Part shown: positions 28,111-41,300 of the stretch, in pieces
Layout of the letters: each line of letters begins with the position of its first letter
How positions within the stretch are numbered: the stretch's first letter is position 1
Source of the DNA: Chara braunii
Lineage: Eukaryota > Plantae > Charophyceae
DNA length: 64,000 nt
NCBI GenBank assembly: GCA_003427395.1
Contig: BFEA01000013.1
Span: forward strand, 6,683,038 to 6,747,037
Reading direction: 5' to 3'
Translations under genes and position numbers: made by a program
Notes under the pieces: generated by a model
The model's input: the letters and a program-made list of their open reading frames with translations, nothing else
Databases searched by the model: none
Told to the model about the DNA's origin: nothing

Positions 28111-29095
28111 TTCTTCACTCCCATGTGAATCGTCACTTCTTCCCTTGTGATTTCATGCATTTGAGTGAGTTCTACTCACTTTTCTCTCCCTTTCTCTCCA
28201 TTTTTTCACTTAGGAGCAAATCACAACTCTTGTATGTGCTTTCTCTAGTGTTTAGGTGAAGATACTCTTTTGCTTAGTCAATTTCTTCACTCTCATGTGA
28301 AGCGCTACTTCTCTCCTTGTGATTTCATGCATTTGAGTGAGTTCTACTCACTTTTCTCTCCCTTTCTCTCCACTTCTTCACTTAGGAGCAAATCGCAACT
28401 CTTATATGTGCTTTCTCTAGTGTTTTGATAAAAATACTCTTTTGTTTAGTCAATTTCTTCACTCCCATATGAAGCACTACTTCTTCCTTTGTGATTTCAT
28501 GCATTTGAGTGAATTCTATTTACTTTTCTCTCCCTTTCTCTCCACTTATTCACTTAGGAACAAATCAAAATTCTTGTATATGCTTTCTTTAGTGTTTAGA
28601 TGAAGATACTCTCTTGTTTAGTCTATTTCTTCACTCCCATGTGAATCGTCACTTCTCCCCTTGTGATTTCAAGCATTTGATGGAATTCTACTCACTTTTT
28701 CCCCCTTTCTCTCCACTTCTTCACTTAGTAGCAAATCGCAACTCTTGCATGTATTTTCTCTAGTGTTTTGGTGATGATTATCTCTTGTTTTGTCAATTTC
28801 TTCACTCCCATGTGAATCGTCACTTCTCCCCTTGTGATTTCATGCATTTGAGTGAGTTGTACTCACTTTTCTCTCTCTTTCTCTCCACTTTTTTACTTAG
28901 GAGCAAACCGTAACTCTTGTATGTGCTTTCTCTACTGTTTTGATGATGATTATCTCTTGTTTTGTCCATTTCTTCACTCCCATGTGAATCGCCACTTTTC
29001 CCCTTGTGATTTCATGCATTTGAGTGAGTTAAGACTCATTTTTTTCTCACTTTCTCTCCTCTTCGTCACTTAGGAACAAATCACAACTCTTGTTC
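28111..29095. repeat. 172-bp tandem satellite, ~5.7 copies
   Basis: TTCTTCACTC(C/T)CAT starts at 28111, 28283, 28455, 28627, 28798 and 28970. Confidence 0.95.
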
Positions 29096-29149
29096 ATGGT
29101 TGCGCTAGTGTGTTTGATGGTTCCTTTCACATGCTTTGCTCAGTTTTCC

Positions 29150-29555
29150 CACATGATGACATTCCGTTACATGCTTGGTTACAGTCATGAACTTCAAGCA
29201 TGTGTTTGAGCAAGTCTCACTCACATGCATGACTCAACATTCACATGATAATGTTTCATTGCATTCTTGGTTGTAGTCATGAGCATCAAGTATGTGTTTG
29301 AGCAAGTCTCATTCACAAGCATTGCTCATCTCGTAACATAATGACATTCCATTTCATGCTTGGTTGTAGTCATGAGCTTCAAGCATGTGGTTGAGCAACT
29401 CTCACTCACATGCATGACTCAACACTCACATGATAATGTTCCATTGCATTCTTGGTTGCATCCATGAGGCTCAAGCATTTGTTTGAGCAAGTCTCACTCA
29501 CATCCATGACTCATCTCTCACATGATGACATTCCCATTCTTGATTGCATCCATGG
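29150..29555. repeat. ~92-bp tandem repeat with ~185-bp dimeric higher order
   Basis: CAT(G/A)AT(GAC/AAT) starts near 29152, 29244, 29337, 29429 and 29521; TTGAGCAA.TCTCA.TCACA recurs. Confidence 0.9.
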
Positions 29556-30037
29556 GCCTCAGGCTATGTATCATCCGCGGTCATGACCACGGGCTTTTTT
29601 ACCGCACGCGGTCAGGACCCCGCCCGCCCGCGGCCGAGTGCGGGCAAGAACCCCCGATAATTTTATCAGAGGTTAAAAATGGGCAAAAAAAAATAAAAAA
29701 ATGAGCGTGTAGATAAAAAAAAAATATACAGGCCTGTGATTTTTAATTTATTTTTGCAGCATTTGATGGAAGGGGAAAAAATAAATAAGAACATCGAAAT
29801 TCAAAAAATAAAAAAATAAAAAATGCTGATAATATTTTTTTCCCCATAATTTTTGGTTTGTTGGGCCGGTGGAAAAACACTGGCCCACACACACACACAT
29901 ACACGCACGCACGCACACACACACAATCAATCAATCAATCAACGAACGAATCGCAATCAATCAATCAGTCAATCAATCAATCAATCAATCAATTTGATTC
30001 ATTGATTGATTGATTGTCTGTGTATGTGTGTGTGTGT

Positions 30038-30073
<36 letters not shown>

Positions 30074-30078
30074 GTGTG

Positions 30079-30130
<52 letters not shown>

Positions 30131-30231
30131 CGCGCGTGNNNNNNNNNNNNNNNNNNNNNNNNNNNNNNNNNNNNNNNNNNNNNNNNNNNNNNNNNNNNNN
30201 NNNNNNNNNNNNNNNNNNNNNNNNNNNNNNN

Positions 30232-30315
<84 letters not shown>

Positions 30316-30397
30316 AGGTAAGTTTCTAATGTCGCGGCTAACCTCGTGGTACTTCCACCGACAAACAGAGCCTCGCGCATCAACGCTCGATAGTGTG

Positions 30398-30852
30398 AGG
30401 GAGCGGGGGAGGCAGCAGGAGCGGAAGAGGTAGTGGGAGTGAGAACGGGGGAGGCAGCAGGAGCGGAAGAGACAGTGGGAGTGGGAGCGGGAGAGGCAGT
30501 GAGAGCGAGGGAGGCAGGGGGAGTGGGGGAGGCAGCGGGAGCGGGAGAGGCAGCAGAATCGGGAGTGGGAGAGGCAGCGGGAGTGGGAGCAGGGGAGGCA
30601 GCGGGGGTAGGAGAGGCAGCAGGAGCGGAAGAGGCAGTGGGAGTGGGAGCGGGAGAGGTAGCGGGAGCGGGGGAGGCAGCGGGAGTGGGGGAGGCAGCGG
30701 GAGCGGGAGATGCAGTAGGATCAGGAGCGGGAGAGGCAGCGGGAGCGGGAGCAGGGGAGGCAGCGGGAGCGGGAGAGGCAGCAGGATCGAGAGCGGGAGA
30801 GGCAGCGGGAGCGTGAGCAGATAGGCAGCGGGGGTGGCAACGGGAGCGGGCA
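30398..30852 (+). repeat. G-rich 18-bp minisatellite (GCGGGAGAGGCAGCGGGA-like)
   Basis: Directly visible. It gives rise to the GAGEAA and LPLP pseudo-ORFs. Confidence 0.9.
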
Positions 30853-32339
30853 ATGTATGTGTGTATGTGTGTGTGTATGTGTGCATTTGTGTGGCCGTGT
30901 GTGTGGCTGTGTGTGTGTGTGTGTTAACCACCTTTGATATGAAGGAGGTCTCACTCAAGAGGTCTCTCAGTTATCCCTTCTCTTTCTAGGATGAGCTCTC
31001 ATGCGACCTTTCCTTAACACATCTTCCCTCTCTGAAGATGAGTCTTCCAAATAAACAAAAGACTGTCGTCCCACTCAAAGGCGTCTCTACCACAAAACAA
31101 GTCAAACTGAGGGACCAACTTATAAGTCCTCAGCACAACTCAATAATAAACATTTGGGATGGTAAAGCGTTCGAGTCTCAAAGACTCTTAAATCCTTTAG
31201 GATTCCCACACTCTTTCACAAAAACAGACTGCACTCCTTCTTCTTATACCCAGCCCTATCACCCGCCCGTGGGCAGATCGCACGAGTATACACTCAGGGA
31301 GGGTAATATCCTAACTCGAAAACGAACCAATATACACTCAGGGGGGGTAATATCCTAACTCGAAAACGAACCAAATATGGTCTTGAATTACCTATATACA
31401 CATAGAGTTGAACAATCTCAACTCAAACTGATACCGATATTACACAAAAATCGCGGTCCCCCTGATCAAGTTAAAACTGAAACAGTCTTAGTCAGGGCGT
31501 AATCACTATCCTCAAGTCAGAGAAATTCAAGTAATCCAAGACATATAAAAAAAAGTGACACAATGTCCGCTAAGCCTTGGTCATTCAAAAGTTAACAATG
31601 GCGTCGAGTTCGAACGCTGTGCATATTCCTCTCCCATATCTCAGCATAGCTACACTGACCTTCGAGGTTATAGAATAAAAAAAAACTTAAACTCAAACCC
31701 CACAATATTTAACGCCTCTCATATATACGGACGCATATGCAGACATATTTGCAAGGTCTCAGAGTGGTATGACTAAAAATAAACTCAATCCTCAAATACA
31801 ATCACTTCATCTCGAGTCTTAAGGTGACATTCCCAGAGGAAAGTACATGTCCAAAGGAGACAAGTACCACAATCAAAGTCAAATCAGTACTCCTAGCAAA
31901 ATCACATCCTTACATGATCTTAGGATGCACTTAAATCTATATTTTAAGTCATACCCTCATTTGTCTTCTACCCTCAGGAATTCATACATGCACGAGGCTC
32001 ACTTTCGTACTCCGATTATGCTCTCGCTACTCTACCCGGGAGCAGTCCCAAGAGCCTGAAAGGCAGTTACCTAATCTAAAAGCCTTTTATGATCTAGCAT
32101 ATACACCAAAAGCACCTAACGCACGCACATATAACTTCTAGCCTCATACACTATACAGTCAGGACCCTGCTGGCTAAAACAAGGAGTTAGGTTCACACAA
32201 ATGGTTAGCCTGCTATCCTGACTCCCACATATATACACAGCCCAAGTGATCAAGGGCCAACCTCTTACTGAAAACCTCCTAGCCTACAGGGTTGGGGCTA
32301 ATCACCTCCTCACACCACTATATTCTTTCTAACCCTATC

Positions 32340-33500
32340 CTTCTACCCTATAGTAACTGTCAGCACCATGCCCCCTTCTTCTTTGCGTTCCACTTATGGT
32401 TTCATTGGTGCCCCTCGCGTCCTTCAGTGTCTCCCCTGTCGTAACCACGTCCTCTATTATCGCGCGCACCATTCCCACGGCCCCTTCCAGCCTCCTGTGT
32501 TTGGCCTTCTCCATCAACCAAACTGCCTTGGGACATTTGTTGTGTCGGTGGCTGAAACGGTCTCATAGGTTGAGTTGGTTGAGTTTGGGTTGTTGGAGGC
32601 CTAGGCTGCATCATGCTCACCTGTGGATCTAAATAACTGGCATGTGCCCATGACCTATATGGATTATACATCGGTCATAAACTCATTTGATGGCATGACG
32701 TCCACTACCCATATCAGACCTGCTCAGTCGACAGAGGACTCTTTCTCGTTGCTTTATCTACCGACCCTTGTGGGGTAGCCGCTACTTGCTGCGAACATTG
32801 CCCCTTTCCGGTTCCTTGACCTCCCTCCGCTAGGTTCCTCGCTTTCCGCTCAGCCTTCGTCAACTTAGGAAGGTCACGTTCCTCCTCTACTTCAATCCCA
32901 TTTTTAACTTCATCTCTCCCTTGAGCACTAGTCCGCCTTCTCGGGGTTCCCCTGAGGGGAAGCGGCCCTTTGTCACCACCCTCTGCTCCTTCCTCGTCCT
33001 GTCCAGTCGACTCACTTGAGGCACCCTCTAAAAACTTCCTTTTGACTTTCTTAGTCTCTTCCAGTCGCGTCAACCTTTCTTCCAGTATTCCAACTTGCTT
33101 CTGTATACCACTCAACTCTCCTGGTGCTGACGCAACTCCAGTTCAATGCACATGACTCCTACGAGGTGCACTCTCTACTCCACCTTCTCGGGAACCTTAA
33201 CCTCAAAGAAGTCTCCAACTCACCCCAGGTCCGCGACTTTAACATCAGAGCATACACTTCCTCACTCAACTCTTCGCAGACGAACAACGACAACATGCTC
33301 CACATCGCTTTCTCGTCCCACATCTTTGCGAGGCTGAAGTTATGATAACCGCGTAGGAATGCAGACAAACCCCTTCCCCGAAACAACAAGGCACAAAGGT
33401 CATGGGGCATCGAGTAGTGTACCGACTCACACAGCAACACTTTACTAAGGCACGAGCTCTTCCAGTGCAGGATTTTGGCAAAACCACTTTCTTCAGCCAT
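32340..33500 (-). pseudogene. Degraded retrotransposon Gag-like sequence (capsid-like segment, coiled coil, Gln/Pro- and RG-rich tail)
   Basis: FRGRGLSAFLRGYHNFSLAKMWDEKAMWSMLSLFV...TWGELETSLRLRF fits the gypsy Gag pattern F.G....FL..Y......W......L..F...W..L...L...F. Downstream fragments contain ILEERLTRLEE and GRGRGNGARDNRGRG. Confidence 0.55.
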
Positions 33501-33797
33501 GATGTTGGTACCGGCCTGACACGCATGACAAGCAATCGATCATCAGACTGTGACGCAAGAAGGCTAAAAACAAATAAGGCTAGTAGAAATTGCTAATACT
33601 CAATTCACACTGACTATTTTCCCATTCACACCACAAGGTCTGAATTTTAGTCACCCTTGCTTTAACTTTAAGGGTACTATGAGCAGTATACTACCTATAT
33701 AGGCAGAATTTTCAAACCAGTCATAAGCCGGCTATAATTGTGGCTACAAAGGTTACTGACCCTCGCACTCGCACTTAGCAGAGCGTGAGGGTACTCT

Positions 33798-34472
33798 CTA
33801 TCCGTCTGCTACCGCCCGAATCTCGTCCCAATCTACAACCCTTTCATCTGGATCGTGGGAGCCAGCATAGGCATCGACAATATTGATCATATTCTTGTGC
33901 CCTTGATTATAGGGTATAAACCTTCGGTCCAGGTACAGGCCATATATCAACTCGCACGTGTACCGTGCATATCCCCATTCTCTCGTCCTCAAGGCGCCTT
34001 CTGCTGCAGCTTTTGCCCTCGCGTGTCCCCCAAAACACTTTTCTACCAGGAACTCGTGCATGATGACTCGTAAAGGGGCTGCAGGAAGTACAAACTCTTT
34101 GGCAGACTTGACCTCTATATGGATCTCCACTTGTTTCTCTCCTTCACGGACCCTGCCTCTCGCCCACTTTCCTGCAGCTCCCTCAGCTACCCTCAAAGGT
34201 CTCACGAGCAGGCTTTCATGCCCAAGCGTCAACTCAATCCCATGTAAGACCCAAAACGAGGGAGACACATACAAGGTCACCCTCACGAGCGCGCAGTCGT
34301 GACCATCATCAAGTCCAGAGTCGATCGAAATGAAGATACCCTTGTCTATCAGTATACCCCACCAGGAAGATATATATTCTCCTTCCTTGACTCGCCTTGA
34401 CAAGGATATCTCAAACCCATCTTCCTTCCTGACCGACAAGGTCACACTAGGATCTTCCCTAGCATAAGGCAT
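33798..34472 (-). CDS. 224-aa hypothetical protein, probable distant member of cassette family B, upstream of a gag-like ORF
   Basis: Clean, non-repetitive ORF. DKGIFISI...VRVTLYVSPSFW and LIYGLYLDRRFIP resemble family-B motifs at comparable positions (by eye). Confidence 0.6.
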   Translation of the reverse strand: MPYAREDPSVTLSVRKEDGFEISLSRRVKEGEYISSWWGILIDKGIFISIDSGLDDGHDCALVRVTLYVSPSFWVLHGIELTLGHESLLVRPLRVAEGAAGKWARGRVREGEKQVEIHIEVKSAKEFVLPAAPLRVIMHEFLVEKCFGGHARAKAAAEGALRTREWGYARYTCELIYGLYLDRRFIPYNQGHKNMINIVDAYAGSHDPDERVVDWDEIRAVADG

Positions 34473-35724
34473 CCTGAGTTGCCTTCGCTCTGGTCTAGGT
34501 TCTGCTCATCATAGAAAAAAACGTCCAGCATACACCTTTCGCTACTATGCAAACAATCGCGTCATAGAATCTCTCTATCTCTAAGGCCTTAGCCTCCAAT
34601 TATCTTTCACTAAAATACATCATTTCCAATGTTTATGACCACCCAGCTTAGAGAAAATAATAATGGTAATAAAAATAATAGCACATTCACATATATCAAA
34701 ATTCATAATAATATTTATGAAAAAATGATACATCACCTTAATAACTGACATCAACAATTCTTATAGCAACCAAACTCATTATGTACAAGCTAGTCAATTA
34801 TCCAAAGCACATACAAATATTTCATAGTAATCTTATATCAACAAATATTTCATATGATAGACACGTTATGATTAGAGATAAGGCCGCTAACAATTAGCAT
34901 TCTCATACATAATAGCAATGAGAGTACCATATTTTACTCGCCTAGTTTTGACATAAGTACACTATGGCGAGAGGCAGTGTAATCCTTTTTAGAGAGGATA
35001 ACATCTCAACTCCCCGAACCCTGCTCAAGGATCCAGCCTCACTGCTTCTCCCTCTGATTACAGCACTCGCTCCTTGCAGACCCTTCCCGACAAAGCAAAC
35101 AACCTCACCATACACGCTTCGGGATGCGTTATCTCGTCCTGTACTGGTGAACGTACTTGACGCAAAAATAGTTGGGGATTCACCCCCTACCTCTCTGCAA
35201 CATGTAATAGCTGGTTCCCTCATAGACCATGTTATGACAAGGCTCAAATACTTTTCTTCCTATTCAGTAGTAGTGTAGTTATCTTATCCCAAGAGATACA
35301 ACAACAACACCTCACGATGGACCAGGAACATAGTTTCAGCGTGGGTCTCACTACTACTTACAAGACAAAGTTATAACTTCTTAAAAGTCATCTTCCAGGG
35401 AACAATAACATAGGATTGCACACTTCCTTATGGTAGATCTTACATATGACCATTCTGTGAGAAAAAACTTATCTCAAGGAAATGGTTACTCCATTCACCT
35501 CTAAATCCATATCAGACATGGATTCTGCGCAATGCCTCTACCCCTCTTTGAAGAACAATCCAAACACACAAACTTTAATAAACAACCATAAGTTCACACT
35601 TGGACTTGAGACGCTCATATAAATTATTGAAAATTGATAAGTTAAAAAAAAATGCATACTTCAGATACATAGCCCATGTAAATATTTTTGACAAGGATAA
35701 CTATTAGAAGAATATAACAATTAA

Positions 35725-35861
35725 ACCACCAGTACCTCCCCGTTGTTTTTTAGAAGTCGCGGTCGTTAACGCGCCTCGACTTTCGGGGGTGCGGCAAGCC
35801 AACGTCCGGTGGCTTGTTTAATAAAAAAAAATAAAAATAAAAAAAGTACGAATCTCTCCGC

Positions 35862-35910
<49 letters not shown>

Positions 35911-35927
35911 CGCGTGGAGAGAGAGAG

Positions 35928-35961
<34 letters not shown>

Positions 35962-35969
35962 CGTGCGCG

Positions 35970-36035
<66 letters not shown>

Positions 36036-36079
36036 CACGCCGAGTTCGGTGCGGGTTCGGTGCACCGAACTCGGCGTGA

Positions 36080-36140
<61 letters not shown>

Positions 36141-36280
36141 GCAGACGCTCCCTTTCAAACTTGAATTTCAAACTTGAAAGAATGAGAAAGAATCTACCCA
36201 CGTTTTTGCAGAAGATTCATTCTCATTTCACACATACTGAGTAGCGGCTTCAGTGTTTCTGCTTCCATCTCCGATGCGTG

Positions 36281-36336
<56 letters not shown>

Positions 36337-36570
36337 GGCTCCACAACTACTGAAATTTGCAAGACGAGAGCGAATCTTCTATGCGAACATGAAAAGGTAC
36401 ATGGTGATGATTTTTGTCTACTGAAATTTGCAAAACGAGAGCGAATTTGTGTGAGAGAGAGAGAGAGAGAGGGCCTCATGCAAAAAAGACAAAAATCATC
36501 ACAATGTACCTTTCCATGTTCGCATGGAAGATTCGCTCTCGTTTTGCAAATTTCAGTAGTAGTGGAGCCA

Positions 36571-36630
<60 letters not shown>

Positions 36631-36716
36631 AAAAGACAAAAATCATCACCATGTACCTTTCCATGTTCGCATGGAAGATTCGCTCTGTTTTGCAAATTCC
36701 AGTAGTAGTGGAGTCA

Positions 36717-36774
<58 letters not shown>

Positions 36775-36908
36775 CCCCCACGCACAAGCGCGCACTTTCA
36801 AACTTGAAAGAATGAGAGAATCTAGCCGCGTTTTTGCGGAAGATTCATTCTTATTTTGCACATGGGGAGCAGTGGCTGCAGCGCGTCTGCTCTATCTCCC
36901 GATGAGCG

Positions 36909-36944
<36 letters not shown>

Positions 36945-37381
36945 CACACTGAGTTTTGTGCGCCAAACTCAACGTCTCTCTCTCTCTCTCTCTCTGAACT
37001 CCTCGTCAGTCACTGTCAGTGGGCGTCCCTCGACATGCAGAAAAGACAAAAATCATCACAGTGTATCTTTCCATGTTCGTGCGGAAGATTCACTCTCATT
37101 TTGCAAATGGCAAGAGTAGTGGAGCTACGACGCTCTTTGTTTTTTTATTTCTTGTTTTTCTGGGNNNNNNNNNNNNNNNNNNNNNNNNNNNNNNNNNNNN
37201 NNNNNNNNNNNNNNNNNNNNNNNNNNNNNNNNNNNNNNNNNNNNNNNNNNNNNNNNNNNNNNNNNNNNNNNNNNNNTTTTCTTTTTTTTTTTTTGTGCCT
37301 ATCGGTAGCCCGAGGCTCGGCAAGGTTCGGGTTACCAGTAGGCTGAGCCACGGGCCTTAACAACCGCTAGGTACTGGTGGT
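35725..37381. mobile_element. Non-autonomous cut-and-paste DNA transposon with TTAA target-site duplication (piggyBac- or Kolobok-like)
   Basis: TTAA|ACCACCAGTACCTccccGTTGTT ... AACAACcgctAGGTACTGGTGGT|TTAA: a 13-bp perfect, 19/23 imperfect TIR. The interior is microsatellites plus direct and inverted ~90-bp repeats; the flanks have similar composition on both sides. Confidence 0.8.
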
Positions 37382-38339
37382 TTAAGCACATAGCCTGATA
37401 TAATTAGGCATTCGACAAACTTACTCAGATAGTATCTAACATATATGGATGAATTCAACATATAACTCAAAAAAGATGCTCTTAGAAAAGAATAGTCTCA
37501 AGTCCTTAGCTCCAACCCATAGATTAAAATGGATGGTCCAAACCTGGAAAGATTCAAACAAAGGTCTAACATCATCTACACGTCGCCGCCTTATTAAAAG
37601 TAAGCAAAATAGTCTAAGTGTTAGCCCTTTCACTACTATCCCGACTGCCCCTAGGATCATATATCTTTCTCGCAGAGAGGTTACTATGCAGCCCAACTAC
37701 GTCTCGTAGTCTCTTCTATTGAGGTCATAGCATGGTGTTCCCTGCGTCTGTTTGCTGCCTTATATGCCTAGTTCAAACACATCATGCAGGGCAAACCTCA
37801 CATTATCATGATTATATAGGCCGAACAGCCGCTTAGAACCTAGACTCAAGGACCCCAATCCATGCTCATAAAGGTTTTTAACATTCTTAGCCTAACTCTC
37901 TTCAAGGTCCCTTGACGACTTCTAACGTAATAGGTTCCCTTACTCGTCCTCAACCTCACTCTAATGTCAAAGTACCCAGTTACTCTCATGACCACTGAAG
38001 CAACTCTCTCGACTTTAATAGGTAAGTATGCGGCAATCTCCCATAATACTTAGTTATGTTGGCACCGCCTCATCTCACCTTAGTCATATCAAACATGCAC
38101 TGCATCATCCAAACCTGTAAACTATCATGGTCAGTGGGGTACCAACTCCAACTACCATCTTACAAGTCAGAGTACATGGGCGCATAGCCAAAGCGCTTAT
38201 CACTCTCGTGTCACCCTTACTGCATCAAGCAAAACCAACTCGCACAGTCAACCTTCACTCGTTCTTTATCAAATACCATCAAACAATTAATCATAAAAAC
38301 TCAACAAAAGACTTCTCATTTTGCTTATTTCTCACATTC

Positions 38340-41300
38340 TCATACCAGGATGTCGTTCCACCAGGGACAACGACAGGCAACCGTTCTCCCCGGCAACGGC
38401 GCCACCTATCGAGCGCATCGGTCTGGCACCACACAAGGCAGCGCGGGACCCTCCCGGCCGCGTCACGCATGAGTTCGTTTTCATCCTCGTCGCAAATGCA
38501 TATGGAGTTTCCGCAAGCCGCTCCGGCCGAGTGCGTCAGCCATACCTCTCGCGACCCCCTACAATAGGATAGGGCCTACGCGAAGCACGACTTACCTCCA
38601 CCTTACGGGAGTTGTCACCTCCCTTCGGTGGGCGTATCCCCATCGAGCTACCAGTCCAAAATACGAAAGCTAATCAGGTACAATCGCAGAGGTGGACAAG
38701 CCGAGGGCGTTTCTCATTCGCTGTAGCATAGGGGGTACACGCATTACTACGCCTCTATCGGACCCGCACGCGAACCGACATCTTGGGGGGTTGAGGTCCC
38801 AAGCGCGACTCGTCGTCGGTCGACTAAGACGCATCCCACATGCCACACGCACACCACTATAAAGAACATAAAAATAAAAACACACACACATGCACGTACA
38901 TATACATATACAGAACGACATTGAACAAACAACGCGACAACACTCCTAGCCCCTTAGTAGTCATCCCACAACTCTCCGATGCGGAAATCGGATAGGCGTC
39001 GTGCGCGAGACTTAGTATAAAACCGCGAACTAAGTGATGACCTCATATCGACTTGTCATGCAAGCGTACAAAAGTAGTCATAATGATGGTGTACTATGTA
39101 GTACCCATACTCATGCGGTCCTCCTTAATCTCGAGGTTCGCATTCGACACTCGTGTCGGCTGACACGCGCCTTGAGGGATTGATCTCTCCATGTTGGACA
39201 ACCGCCAAGTGCGGTTGAGAACCACATCCTCTTCTGCACCCTGTGGAGAGTGGGTGATCCACAGGTTTATACCTGTACTGACAATCATTTCTTATCGCCC
39301 TGGAGACCAACTCCTTCATCTAGGGTCTAGAGAGAAATCAATGGGTTTGACATTGATGGCTGCCACGGACTACAACGTCCAACCATATAAAAAGCAAAGG
39401 CTAAAAAGGGAAGTCCCCTTTTTCTCGAAAACATAATTTGTTTAACCCTTACGCGTGGTCACAGTAGGCCGCACGAAACACTCAAGACATATATATCCAC
39501 ATATATAGAGAGGGTTATTAATATAGGACGATCACTTCTCATAGTCACATTGGGACTCCTCTCAGCCATATATATATGTATGTGAGCGCAGACAGTCAAA
39601 TTCAAAGTCCGAATCACCAAACATACATTGAATCACATCAAAGATTCAACCAAACAGTCCATGCATTACACGGGGTCAACTTCAACCATTCTTTGTACTC
39701 ACACCCCTTGCTTTAATCATGTAAGTCTCACTCTTATGCAACTCCTCAAAATAAAATACTTAGTACTTTTCTTAAATGGCCTGTCAAATAAAGTCCAGAG
39801 GACAACACAACAAAACAGTTCAAATCACAAGGCTAAAGTCTTTAGGTTGAGTGACAGAAGTGGATTGGAGTTGAATCGTAAACCGACGAATCGGCAACCG
39901 ACTTGTTATCAGTGATAACAGAAAGTGATCCTCGTAGGATCAAGCTGAATCTAATCCAAATCCTGAATCAATCGATCAAGAAGACCTGTAACACAAGACA
40001 TGTCAATCTCGAAGTCAAATCTATAAGTCCAGGGATAATAATTTCAATATCACAATCTCACTCAAGTTTCTCTTGCAAAATAAACCTAGGCCTACTTCTA
40101 AGCCAGTATCCAACGTAAGACAGACATATAGCAACATCTCCCCTATTCATGTTGGATTGTCAGAATTATCACCTGTCAAAATATAATCTGACTCCTTTAA
40201 ACTAGGAAAATTTTGGTCGCGCTTCCCGTAGGAAAAGTGTTTTCTCAGAATTTATATCAGCCTGAATATGAAAACACAAATAATATGAAACCTTTCAAAG
40301 TCAGTTTTTGTCTAACTCCCTGAATTAACAAATTTTGGGGCAGCACTCCCCTTAAAAAATGAGACTTCCCAGATTTTTACCAAGCCAGGTATAAAAATCA
40401 GACAAGTTGAACTTTAAAAAAGTCAAATTTTGACAAACTACTTGGATTTGCATAAATTTGAAAGCATTTTCCGTAAAGAAAGTAGCTTACCAAAATTTAT
40501 ATAAAGCTAAGTTCCAAATTTTAAATGACTTTGACTTCTCAAGGTCCAATTTTATCTAACTCCCTGAAGCAACAAAAATTTGGGCAGCACTTTTTTTATA
40601 AAAGGAGGCTTCCCATATTTTACTAAGTCAAAAAGTCAAACAAACTGAACCTTGAAAAGATAAAATCTGACCAACTCCTTGGTTTTGTAGAAATTTCGGT
40701 AGCGCGTCCCGTAGAGAAAGTAGCTTACCAAGATTTATACAAGACTAAGTATAACAAAAAAATCCCAGAAAATGCAAAAATCGACCTATTTAAAATAAGC
40801 TTAGCTCAGAAAATGCAAGAATTAAAACTAACTCCTATGACTCTAGCACGTGATGAGCAACTAAAACAACTACCTATCAACCAAAAACTCAAACTAAGTA
40901 ATAACCTCACTCAGTCACACGCACGCCAAACCACAAAGGTAAGTACTCTCACTATCCTCAAAGTCATCTTAACAAACAATAGTTCATATTCGTTCAATGA
41001 TTTATCCCTTTATACCCAACTTACATAGGGCATAAAGCTAGACCACTCAATCTTATGGGAACATGTCTAACTCAGTCATGGAGTATACACAAACACAGGG
41101 CAGAACAACTTTTCTGTTCTTTGAGCATATGACTAGGCCACCCTAGTCGCCCTGAATTGTTTAAATATCCCAACTTTATATAATTATCTGCACTCAGTCT
41201 TTTGAGGTAGCATATAACTGAACCGATCATTTTTAGCTCAATATTCAGTCTGCCTCTTCATACCACAAGTTTATTCTTAATTAGTACTCTCTTTAGTTGG

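Noticed and set aside
30380-30958. Pro/Leu-rich or GAGEAA structural protein
   Set aside because: It is produced by an 18-bp minisatellite with no flanking gene structure.
29560-37397. hAT-like element bounded by CAGGCTATGT / ACATAGCCTG
   Set aside because: The match is only 10-11 bp with no TSD, and the right 'end' lies within sequence continuous with the degraded retroelement.
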